From positions 6,227-70,226 of IMG/VR virus record IMGVR_UViG_3300047445_000457: a DNA stretch of 64,000 nt; one strand, 5' to 3'. Numbering within the stretch: the stretch's first letter is position 1; each line of letters opens with the position of its first letter. Made by a program: the position numbers and the translations under genes. Positions 28,206 to 35,654 of this stretch are shown piece by piece. Origin of the DNA: a virus. Under the pieces are notes generated by a model that ran no database searches, was not told the DNA's origin, and saw only the letters and a list, made by a program, of their open reading frames with translations.

Positions 28206-29210
28206 TTAGGCGGTGACGGCGCTTTCGAGGCGGCACATCCAGGCGTCATTCAGGATGACGGCGGATTGCATGGTCTTGAAGCCGATGAAACCGCGCTGGG
28301 CCAGCGGATCGGCCGAGCTCGGCTTAGGATTGACCACCATCGGGGTCAGCGCGAACATGCCTTTCAGGGCCACGATGCCGTAGGCGTTCTGGGCGATGTA
28401 CAGGGTGCTGTACACGTCCGCGTTGGCGCCGCCGGTGGCCGAGGTCATCGCGCCCTTGGCACCGCCCGCGTTCAGGAACGGCTCGAAGATCGTGGACGAC
28501 AGGTAGCGCACGTCCTCCACCTTGCCGATCTCGTTCTCGTACGGGGTCAGCGAGCCGTATTTCTCGACCGGCACGAACACCGATTTGCCATCCGCGCCCA
28601 GCATGTTGCGGATGTCCGATTCCTGGTCCGGGTGGATCAGGCCGATGAACGATTTCGCCACCGCCTCGGTGCCGTAGGCCGGGGTCGAGCGCAGCACCTT
28701 GGTGATCTGCTCGGCGTTCTGGCGTTTCAGCGCCTTCGTCACCTTGCGCTGGGCGGTCAGCGAGATCGCCGTGTTCACCGCGTTGCGGCTGGCGCCGTTC
28801 GCGTAAATCACGTTGGTGCCGGCGCGCAGGATGCCGTTGCGCATGCGCTCGACCATCTGCGCGGCCTGCTCGCCCAGCAGCTCGACGGCCTCGTTGAGGA
28901 CGTTATCCTCGTGGGTGTCCAGAACGATGTCCGAAATCTGGATCAGGCCGCCGTACTGCGTCAGCAGGCAGGGCACGTCCGTCGCGGTCATCTGCTGGGC
29001 GCCTGGGGTCACGCCTTCCGCCAGCGCGGTCGGGGTGGTGTCCAATGCGTTGTAGCGGCGGAACACGATGGTCTTGCTGTTGTTGGCCGGCAGTGCCTTC
29101 GACTGGCCGAATTTTTCGAGAACCATGAAGGGAATGGCCCTCTTCAAGAGTTCCTTTTCTGCATACGCGGCAGTGCGCGGGCTGATATCGCCGTAGTTGG
29201 TAGCGCTCAT
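28206..29210 (-). CDS. Major capsid protein, N4-gp56 family
   Basis: YGDISPRTAAYA, IVFRRY, EGVTP, EIGKVEDVRY and DPLAQRG motifs. Confidence 0.92.
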   Translation of the reverse strand: MSATNYGDISPRTAAYAEKELLKRAIPFMVLEKFGQSKALPANNSKTIVFRRYNALDTTPTALAEGVTPGAQQMTATDVPCLLTQYGGLIQISDIVLDTHEDNVLNEAVELLGEQAAQMVERMRNGILRAGTNVIYANGASRNAVNTAISLTAQRKVTKALKRQNAEQITKVLRSTPAYGTEAVAKSFIGLIHPDQESDIRNMLGADGKSVFVPVEKYGSLTPYENEIGKVEDVRYLSSTIFEPFLNAGGAKGAMTSATGGANADVYSTLYIAQNAYGIVALKGMFALTPMVVNPKPSSADPLAQRGFIGFKTMQSAVILNDAWMCRLESAVTA

Positions 29211-29431
29211 TGGGTATCCTTGAGTGAACGGTAAATCGGTGGGTGTGGTGGGTCAGCGATTCAGCGAACGCTCGCAAGGGGGCGGAGCCTGTCCTTCGAT
29301 GCGTGCTTTCGATGCCCGCAAAGCGTTCCCGGCGCGGGTTGGCGGCGCCCGAGGGCGTGTCGCTCCCGGCCGGGGGTGGCAGTGGGGGTTGATCGGCTTG
29401 AGGTCTGTTCAGGCGCGAACAGCAGCGGCAA

Positions 29432-29514
29432 AATTCGGCGAGTAGTCGACGAGTGCTCGGCGAGTGGTCGGCGAGGCCTCGACTACGGAATGGAATGGAA
29501 TGGAATGGAATGGA
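29432..29514. repeat. Four tandem 11-mers next to (GGAAT)x5
   Basis: aattcggcgag/tagtcgacgag/tgctcggcgag/tggtcggcgag (29432-29475); GGAAT x5 (29487-29511). Confidence 0.85.
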
Positions 29515-29560
29515 GTTAACTACAATGTCCGGTTGCCCGGACGGTTAGCAGCTGGATGGC

Positions 29561-30478
29561 TTAGGCCTCGTTCCACGCCTTGGCAAAATCGTCGCTGGCG
29601 GCGGGCTCCTTCGGCAGCGTCAGGCCCGACGAGCGCACGCCCTCGGCGGCATCCAGCGCGTCTTCGTGGTAGTCCTGGCTGTCCGTCTTCTTGGTCGCGT
29701 TCTTGAATGCGGTCAGCATGTCGATGATCTGGCGCGCGCTGCCGCTGTCGATCACCTGCTGCAGTCGGTCCTGATCCGGCTGCTCGCCCTTCCAGGCGGC
29801 GAATTCCGGCGACTCGACTACATCCATGAAATCGGCGTGGGTCTGCGCGATGGTGTTGAAGTGGTTGTTCAGGCGCTCGTTTTGCAGCGCCTCGATCACC
29901 TGGTCGACGCGCGGATCCATGCCGCCGCCGCACTCCTGGGCTACCTTCTTGATGAGGCGAGTGATCTGCTCCACGAAATCCTGCCCGAAGTCGTCGGCCA
30001 GCACCGCGGCCGGGTCGTCCCCGCCGCCGCCCTCGCCTTCGCCTTCGCCGGCTTGATCGCCGCCGCCTGCACCTTCCTCGCCCATCGGCTCGCTGCCCTG
30101 CTCGCTGTTGGCGTCCGAGATGCCCATCGCTGCTTCGCGCGCATCGAGTTCGGCCTGGCGCGCCTTGAGGCGGCCTTCCCACGACTTCAGGCGCTGTTCC
30201 TGGTCGGCAGCGGAAGGCGGCGCTTCACCTTCGCCGCTCGCTTCGGCTGGAGCGGCTTCGGCAGCTTCGCCAGCCGGTCCCTCTGCGGCTTCCTCGGCGG
30301 GCGACTCTGCCGCTTCCTCGGCGGCGCTGCCTTCCGGCGCTGCGCCTTCTGCGGCGGCGGGTTCGGACAGGCCGAAAGCCTCGTCGTCGCTCATCTGGCG
30401 CGGCTGTTTGTCTGGTTGGTCGAACTCGTCCGCATAGTCAGCGGCGCGAGCATCCATTTCGTCCTTCGTTGCCTTCAT
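29561..30478 (-). CDS. Probable capsid scaffold protein
   Basis: Acidic, coiled-coil, upstream of the capsid gene; ends DDFAKAWNEA. Confidence 0.75.
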   Translation of the reverse strand: MKATKDEMDARAADYADEFDQPDKQPRQMSDDEAFGLSEPAAAEGAAPEGSAAEEAAESPAEEAAEGPAGEAAEAAPAEASGEGEAPPSAADQEQRLKSWEGRLKARQAELDAREAAMGISDANSEQGSEPMGEEGAGGGDQAGEGEGEGGGGDDPAAVLADDFGQDFVEQITRLIKKVAQECGGGMDPRVDQVIEALQNERLNNHFNTIAQTHADFMDVVESPEFAAWKGEQPDQDRLQQVIDSGSARQIIDMLTAFKNATKKTDSQDYHEDALDAAEGVRSSGLTLPKEPAASDDFAKAWNEA

Positions 30479-30512
30479 TGGGTGACTCCTGTTGTGTTGA
30501 AACGCGGGAAGT

Positions 30513-30534
30513 AAAAAAACCCGCGTTCAGCGGG
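30513..30534 (-). terminator. Rho-independent terminator
   Basis: CCCGC-tgaac-GCGGG-TTTTTTT on the minus strand. Confidence 0.6.
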
Positions 30535-30850
30535 CCGGGTGCTCTTGGTTTGTGATCGGTTCCCCGAACAGGTCGGCTTGCCGGGTCGCCTCTGCGGCGT
30601 CCTGCTCTAGCTGGTAAAGCGACTTGGAGCGGTCGATGACGGTGTAGCGCACGACGCCCTTCTGGCGCAGGTCGCGCAGCACGCGGTCCGCAGACGCCGG
30701 CGCACAGCCTCCCTCCACCATGCCGTCGACATGGCGGCGCAGGTCGTCGGCGTGGAACGTGCGGCCTGCACGCTGGCGGCAATAGAGCAGGATCGCATCG
30801 GCAATCCGCGCCGACGTCGCTACCAGGTGGGCGGTATTCGGGTGGGTCAT
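30527..30850 (-). CDS. Small winged-helix-like protein
   Basis: FHADDLRRHV...APASADRVLRDLRQKG. Confidence 0.7.
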   Translation of the reverse strand: MTHPNTAHLVATSARIADAILLYCRQRAGRTFHADDLRRHVDGMVEGGCAPASADRVLRDLRQKGVVRYTVIDRSKSLYQLEQDAAEATRQADLFGEPITNQEHPAR

Positions 30851-32163
30851 GCCTGCGCCTCCTTGAACAGGTCCAGTTGCGGCACCTCGGGCGGCGCCTG
30901 CCGGGCCACTTCGAGCACGCGCGCATGTTCGTGGGCGATGCGGCGCTGCGCGATCCCGATGTACTCGGGCGACAGTTCCGAGCCGATGAAGGCAAAGCCC
31001 TCGCGCATGCAGGCCTTGCCGGTGCTGCCCGATCCCGTGAACGGGTCGTAGACGGTGCCGCCGGGCGGCGTCACCAGGCGCACCAGGTAGGCCATCAGGT
31101 CGGTGGGCTTGACGGTCGGGTGGAAATTCTGGCTGCTCTTGTCCGTGCCCTCGGCCTGGAACGAGCCGGGGTTCTGGGTGCCGCTCGACCATAACAGGGG
31201 CTTCTTGTCCAGATCCTCGCAGCCTTCGTTGCGGTCGGTGCGGGTCGCCTTCGGGCAGTAGAAGAACCGGGCCGCGCTGCCGCTGTCGCCCTGAAACGTG
31301 CTGCCTGCTTCGTCAACGTTGCCGGCGAAGGCGCCGTAGCTGTTGCGGAACTTGTCGGCCTTGCGTGTATGAACCGGCGCCGCCGCCCCGGCATTGGCCG
31401 GGAACAGGGCGATCACTTCGGCGCTGCCGTCGTGGATCAGGTTGGCGGGCCAGCGTCCTTGCGCCGCACTGCCGCCTGGGCGCATGCTGGTCGCGCCAGT
31501 GTCGTCGGCTGAGCGCGTGCCGGCGTGGCCACGGTCGCCGGAACAGTTGCGCGCATAATCGTGATCCGTCACGCCAATTCGGCAAGCGTCGATGTTGAGT
31601 GCCCCGGTTCCGTAGGCGAGCAGGTTCGCAGAGACGGTGCCGACGAGCGCCTTGCGGGCCATCACCACCGGCTCATGGGAAGGTTTCAGGGCGGTGCCCC
31701 AGCCCTCCCAGCGTGCCGCGTCATCACCCTGCAGGTCGTACTTGGCCACGTTGCGCGACTTGGGCATGCCTGATCCGTAAACCCACATGAGCTGGTCGCG
31801 GATTTCAAAGCCCGCGTCCTCGATCGCGCAGGCCATGCGGTGGTAGGTGCGGCTCCCCGAGAACGCCAGCAGGTGCCCGCCCGGCTTCAGGATGCGCAGC
31901 GCTTCGGCCCACAGCTCGACGCTGAAGGCAATCTCGCCGCCATCCCATTTCATGCCCATGAAGCCGGTGCCGATCCTCGCGCGCCCGTACGGGGTATCGA
32001 GGTTGACGGAGGCTTCCCCGCTGCCTCCCTTCTTCCCGGTCGTCAGGTGGTAGGGCGGATCGGTCACGATGGCATCCACCGAGGCGTCCGGCATCGCGCG
32101 CATCACCTCGATGCAGTCGCCCAGGTGCAGCGTGTACGGCAGGTCGGTCTGCGGGTCGCTCAT
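30847..32163 (-). CDS. Orphan N6-adenine/N4-cytosine DNA methyltransferase (beta class)
   Basis: TDPPY precedes HPTVKP and DPFTGSGST. Confidence 0.93.
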   Translation of the reverse strand: MSDPQTDLPYTLHLGDCIEVMRAMPDASVDAIVTDPPYHLTTGKKGGSGEASVNLDTPYGRARIGTGFMGMKWDGGEIAFSVELWAEALRILKPGGHLLAFSGSRTYHRMACAIEDAGFEIRDQLMWVYGSGMPKSRNVAKYDLQGDDAARWEGWGTALKPSHEPVVMARKALVGTVSANLLAYGTGALNIDACRIGVTDHDYARNCSGDRGHAGTRSADDTGATSMRPGGSAAQGRWPANLIHDGSAEVIALFPANAGAAAPVHTRKADKFRNSYGAFAGNVDEAGSTFQGDSGSAARFFYCPKATRTDRNEGCEDLDKKPLLWSSGTQNPGSFQAEGTDKSSQNFHPTVKPTDLMAYLVRLVTPPGGTVYDPFTGSGSTGKACMREGFAFIGSELSPEYIGIAQRRIAHEHARVLEVARQAPPEVPQLDLFKEAQA

Positions 32164-34181
32164 GCCACCGCCAGGTCTTCACAAAGAACAAGACCGGCGC
32201 GTGGCCGGTCTTGGGTGTCTGCTGCGGGTGCCGGCATCGCCAGCACCGCCTCTATCCGCTCCCCTATCCAGCGCATGTTGTTCACGCACATGGAATTGCC
32301 GAGCGCCTTGTAGCGCGGCCCGTCCGCCGCCGGCTTGCCCCGGTAGGTAATCAGGGTGTAGTCGTCGGGAAAGGCCTGCAGGCGTTCGCACTCGCGCGGG
32401 GTCAGGCGGCGCACCGCCATGCCGACCTGCGCGAATTGCTTCGGGTTCGTGCTTTCAAGTGTCGGGTGCAGGTCCCCGTGCCCAAATCCGCCGTGCGGCC
32501 CGTTGAACCGGCGCGGATCGTCAAAGCAGGCCGCTGCAACCACCTGGCTGCGCGTGACGTTGCCCGTGACGCATACGGCAGGAACCGCCGTCGACCCGTT
32601 GTTCTGCGCCTGTAGGGTCGGGGTGAAGTCGTCGGTGACGAAGATTCCGCCGGCCGCTTCGGATTGCCCCGGCTTGAACGCGAGGACGCCGTGAGCAATC
32701 GCGGGTATGCCCTGCCCCGGCTTGCCGCCACCAGTGGACAGCGCGCCCGTGCGGCTGCCGTCGCCGCCTTCCAGCCGCAACTCGCCGCGGCTGTTTTCCG
32801 CGAACGATACGGCGAACGGCTCGCCAATGCAGTTGTGCAGCCGGAACGTGGTGCCCTCATGGGTATAGGTCTTGGCCTCGTTCGCACTGATCGGGTCGGC
32901 CACCACGCCGTCCCCGGTGAAGATGGTCGGCGCGAGGATCAGCGTGTCCTGGTCGCCCTTGTCGGCATCTGCGGACAGCGGCGGAGCCAGCTCGGACGGC
33001 GCGCCATCCTTGCCGCGGGTGTAGTGCGAGGCCTTGAAGCTGACCGCGATCTGCCCGCCGCCATTCGCATGACTGCCGCTGTAGCCCATGGCGCGCAGGG
33101 TCGGCGCGATCTCCACGCTGGCGTCAGCGCCGTGGTCCTTGCATGAGAAGGCCACCGCCTGCACCTCCGCGCGCGCCTCCAGCGTGTAGGCGATGGCTTC
33201 CTGCACGCCCACGCCGTCCGGGCCGCTGGTCGGGTTCTCGCGCAGCGCCCCGGCCTGGATCGCGTAGCTGATCGGTGCCAGCACATGCGGCCTGTCGCCG
33301 CCTGTCGCCGCGCGCAGGGCAACGGACAGGACATGCGGCGTGTTGTTCGGGCTGACTCCGTGCCCGCCCGACTGCAAGGCGTGTACCAGGTCGCCCGTGG
33401 ACACCATGTTGCGGAAGTCAGCAGCTACAGGCTGGAGGTGCCCAGCTTGGGCATGGTCGACGTCGCAACCGCCGTCAGTGCTGCGTAGAGTGCCGGTGGC
33501 AGGATCTTGCCCCGCTTGTCGGCTCGGCGGAGTATGCCGCTGCACGCCTTCGAGCTCAAAAAGTACCTGGATGGGATCGAACCCCTCTCTAGAACTTGCG
33601 ACAACGAAACAACGGCGGCGACGTTGGGCCACTCCGAAATATTGGGCGTCCGTGATCCGCCATGCGACCGCCCTTTCGGGTCCAAGCACACAACCAGCGT
33701 TTGCCCATTTGCCCCCTGGCGGGACGAGCGCATCATCTTCGCCGGCAAGTGCTCCCAAAAAGCACCCGAAGGCGTTGTCTTTAGTGCTGGTGACGCCGGG
33801 GACGTTTTCCCAGACGACGATGGCAGCGGGTTCTCCGCGAACAGCCCGAGTTGCATCAATTGCATTGGCAAGATCCACAAAAGAGAGGGACAACTGCCCG
33901 CGCGCGTCATCCAGCGACTTGCGCAGGCCCGCGACCGAGAATGCCTGGCACGGCGTGCCGCCGACCAGCACATCCGGCGCAGCAACCTGGCCCGCGCGCA
34001 CCATGGAGGCAATCTTCGTCATGTCGCCCAGGTTGGGCACGCCGGGGTAGTGGTGGGCGAGGACCGCCGCCGGGAAGGCCTCGATCTCCGCCAGCCACGC
34101 GGCGCGCCACCCGAGCGGATGCCATGCCACGCTGGCGGCCTCGATGCCGCTGCACACGCTGCCGAAGGTAAGATCGCTCAT
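32160..34181 (-). CDS. C5-cytosine DNA methyltransferase, large subunit with long variable region
   Basis: SVCSGIEA, GGTPCQAFS, WENVPG, QRRRRCF and YKALGNS motifs. Confidence 0.93.
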   Translation of the reverse strand: MSDLTFGSVCSGIEAASVAWHPLGWRAAWLAEIEAFPAAVLAHHYPGVPNLGDMTKIASMVRAGQVAAPDVLVGGTPCQAFSVAGLRKSLDDARGQLSLSFVDLANAIDATRAVRGEPAAIVVWENVPGVTSTKDNAFGCFLGALAGEDDALVPPGGKWANAGCVLGPERAVAWRITDAQYFGVAQRRRRCFVVASSREGFDPIQVLFELEGVQRHTPPSRQAGQDPATGTLRSTDGGCDVDHAQAGHLQPVAADFRNMVSTGDLVHALQSGGHGVSPNNTPHVLSVALRAATGGDRPHVLAPISYAIQAGALRENPTSGPDGVGVQEAIAYTLEARAEVQAVAFSCKDHGADASVEIAPTLRAMGYSGSHANGGGQIAVSFKASHYTRGKDGAPSELAPPLSADADKGDQDTLILAPTIFTGDGVVADPISANEAKTYTHEGTTFRLHNCIGEPFAVSFAENSRGELRLEGGDGSRTGALSTGGGKPGQGIPAIAHGVLAFKPGQSEAAGGIFVTDDFTPTLQAQNNGSTAVPAVCVTGNVTRSQVVAAACFDDPRRFNGPHGGFGHGDLHPTLESTNPKQFAQVGMAVRRLTPRECERLQAFPDDYTLITYRGKPAADGPRYKALGNSMCVNNMRWIGERIEAVLAMPAPAADTQDRPRAGLVLCEDLAVA
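33425..33865 (-). CDS. Nested alternative-frame small subunit of the C5 methyltransferase (M.EcoHK31I beta-like)
   Basis: SLSQVLE...PSRYFLSSKACSGILRRADKRGKILP; local GC drop consistent with dual coding. Confidence 0.75.
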   Translation of the reverse strand: MQLMQLGLFAENPLPSSSGKTSPASPALKTTPSGAFWEHLPAKMMRSSRQGANGQTLVVCLDPKGRSHGGSRTPNISEWPNVAAVVSLSQVLERGSIPSRYFLSSKACSGILRRADKRGKILPPALYAALTAVATSTMPKLGTSSL

Positions 34182-34633
34182 GCGCTTGCCGGCGGCTGGG
34201 TCAGACCGAAGAAATGGGCCAGTACAGGGTCGGGGGCCGGAATGCACATGGACAGCGCGCCGGGATGGAATGAGCCGGTATCCAGGCGGTGGATCCTGTT
34301 CGGCTGCTTCGGCTTTTCCCGTAGTGCGGAGCCTGCCGCCACCGCGCGCAGATAGTCGTCCACGCGCTCCGTGTCGCGCACAAGGCGGAACATTGGATGG
34401 CCTGGCGAGCTGCGGGTGGCGTTCACGAAGCGATCGACCTCGATCACGCCATCCGCACGCAACATGAGGATGTACTTGTTGACGCCGGACTCGCTCATGT
34501 CGATGACATTGCGGAGGTCCGCGCGCAGCATCGGGCCGTTGCGAAGTGCGCCGATGATGGCCGTCACGTTCTGGTCGCGGCGCCTGGTGTTGGCATTCGA
34601 CCGGACGCGGCTGTTGGAAGGAACGAAGGACAT
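34178..34633 (-). CDS. Winged-helix DNA-binding protein
   Basis: PMLRADLRNVIDMSESGVNKYILMLRADGVI. Confidence 0.7.
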   Translation of the reverse strand: MSFVPSNSRVRSNANTRRRDQNVTAIIGALRNGPMLRADLRNVIDMSESGVNKYILMLRADGVIEVDRFVNATRSSPGHPMFRLVRDTERVDDYLRAVAAGSALREKPKQPNRIHRLDTGSFHPGALSMCIPAPDPVLAHFFGLTQPPASA

Positions 34634-34635
34634 GC

Positions 34636-34881
34636 TCAGGCTTTCGGGGTCTGGTGGGGGTTGTCGTCCAGCAGGGTGATGCGCAGGCACTGGAGCTGCC
34701 GGATTGCGCCTTGCTTGAATTCCAGGCGCTCGGGCAGCACCGTGATCAGGTCGGACAGGTGCGACTCGATCAGGGCGTCGATCAGGGCGATCAACTGCCG
34801 CATCGGCAGCGTGGCGCGCAGGAGCTGGAGTTCGCGCACTTCGGTGGCGACCGCAGCGCGGAGTTGGTCACTATTGCGCAT
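34636..34881 (-). CDS. Hypothetical protein
   Basis: 81-aa ORF coupled to neighbours. Confidence 0.65.
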   Translation of the reverse strand: MRNSDQLRAAVATEVRELQLLRATLPMRQLIALIDALIESHLSDLITVLPERLEFKQGAIRQLQCLRITLLDDNPHQTPKA

Positions 34882-35437
34882 CGCCCCTCCATGCGCGGGC
34901 GTAGTCGGCCAGGTCGGAGCCGGTGCTTGCCGCCTCGGCGACGCCGCCGGTGACGACTTTCGCGGCGCCGCTATTCTTGAGCGCCTGACCGGCCTTTTTT
35001 GACGCCGAATAGACCTCGGCGCCAGTCAGCGTGTTGCGGGCGACGTGCTGAATGTCTTCGCCAGTGCGGATTGCCTTGATGCCCTTCTTGACCAGCGCAC
35101 CGCCGGGGATCAACCCCGTTGCCGCCAGTGCCATACCTGACTTGTCGCCGTGGTTGTGGGCGTCGTTGAGTTCAATCGCGCTGGTGAGATTTCCCGTAAC
35201 CGGCAGCAGGCTGGCGACCAGTGCGACGACCGGGTGCTCCTTCTTGAAATCGTTCCAGTTGCGGCTGGCGTTGTCCAGGCTGGGGCCATCGTCCAAGGGT
35301 GAGTGACGGTTCCAGGCTGCGGCGTAGTCGCTTGGCTGTGCCGTGGCGGTGTCGCTCGCCGGGGTGGCTGGCGTTGCCGGGGCGTGGGTGCCTTCGCGCC
35401 AGGCCTGGGCCATTGCTTCTTCGGGGGTACTGTCCAT
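34871..35437 (-). CDS. Hypothetical protein with three AxAW motifs
   Basis: AAGGAG SD; AMAQAWR, DYAAAWN, DYARAWR. Confidence 0.7.
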   Translation of the reverse strand: MDSTPEEAMAQAWREGTHAPATPATPASDTATAQPSDYAAAWNRHSPLDDGPSLDNASRNWNDFKKEHPVVALVASLLPVTGNLTSAIELNDAHNHGDKSGMALAATGLIPGGALVKKGIKAIRTGEDIQHVARNTLTGAEVYSASKKAGQALKNSGAAKVVTGGVAEAASTGSDLADYARAWRGDAQ

Positions 35438-35456
35438 GCAGCTCCTTCCGGCCCGG

Positions 35457-35654
35457 TCAGGCCAATACCGTCTGGCTCGCAGCGGCCAGGCAGGCACGCG
35501 CACGGCGCACCTTCCACGCCACATATCCGCGTTCAACCATTTCCGCGTCGGAGATCACCACGTTGATCGCGTGGACCTCGCCGCGTACGAGGCGGCGCAT
35601 GTAATACCAGGTGCAGCCGCTGCGGTGCTCCTTGGTGTTCAGTACGCACTTCAT
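35457..35654 (-). CDS. Hypothetical protein
   Basis: 65 aa; ATGA overlap with the portal stop. Confidence 0.55.
   Translation of the reverse strand: MKCVLNTKEHRSGCTWYYMRRLVRGEVHAINVVISDAEMVERGYVAWKVRRARACLAAASQTVLA

Noticed and set aside
29487-29514. (GGAAT)n as eukaryotic satellite contamination
   Set aside because: Only five units, embedded in a coherent phage intergenic region
30847-34181. Methylases as part of a restriction-modification system
   Set aside because: No cognate endonuclease adjacent; orphan phage MTases
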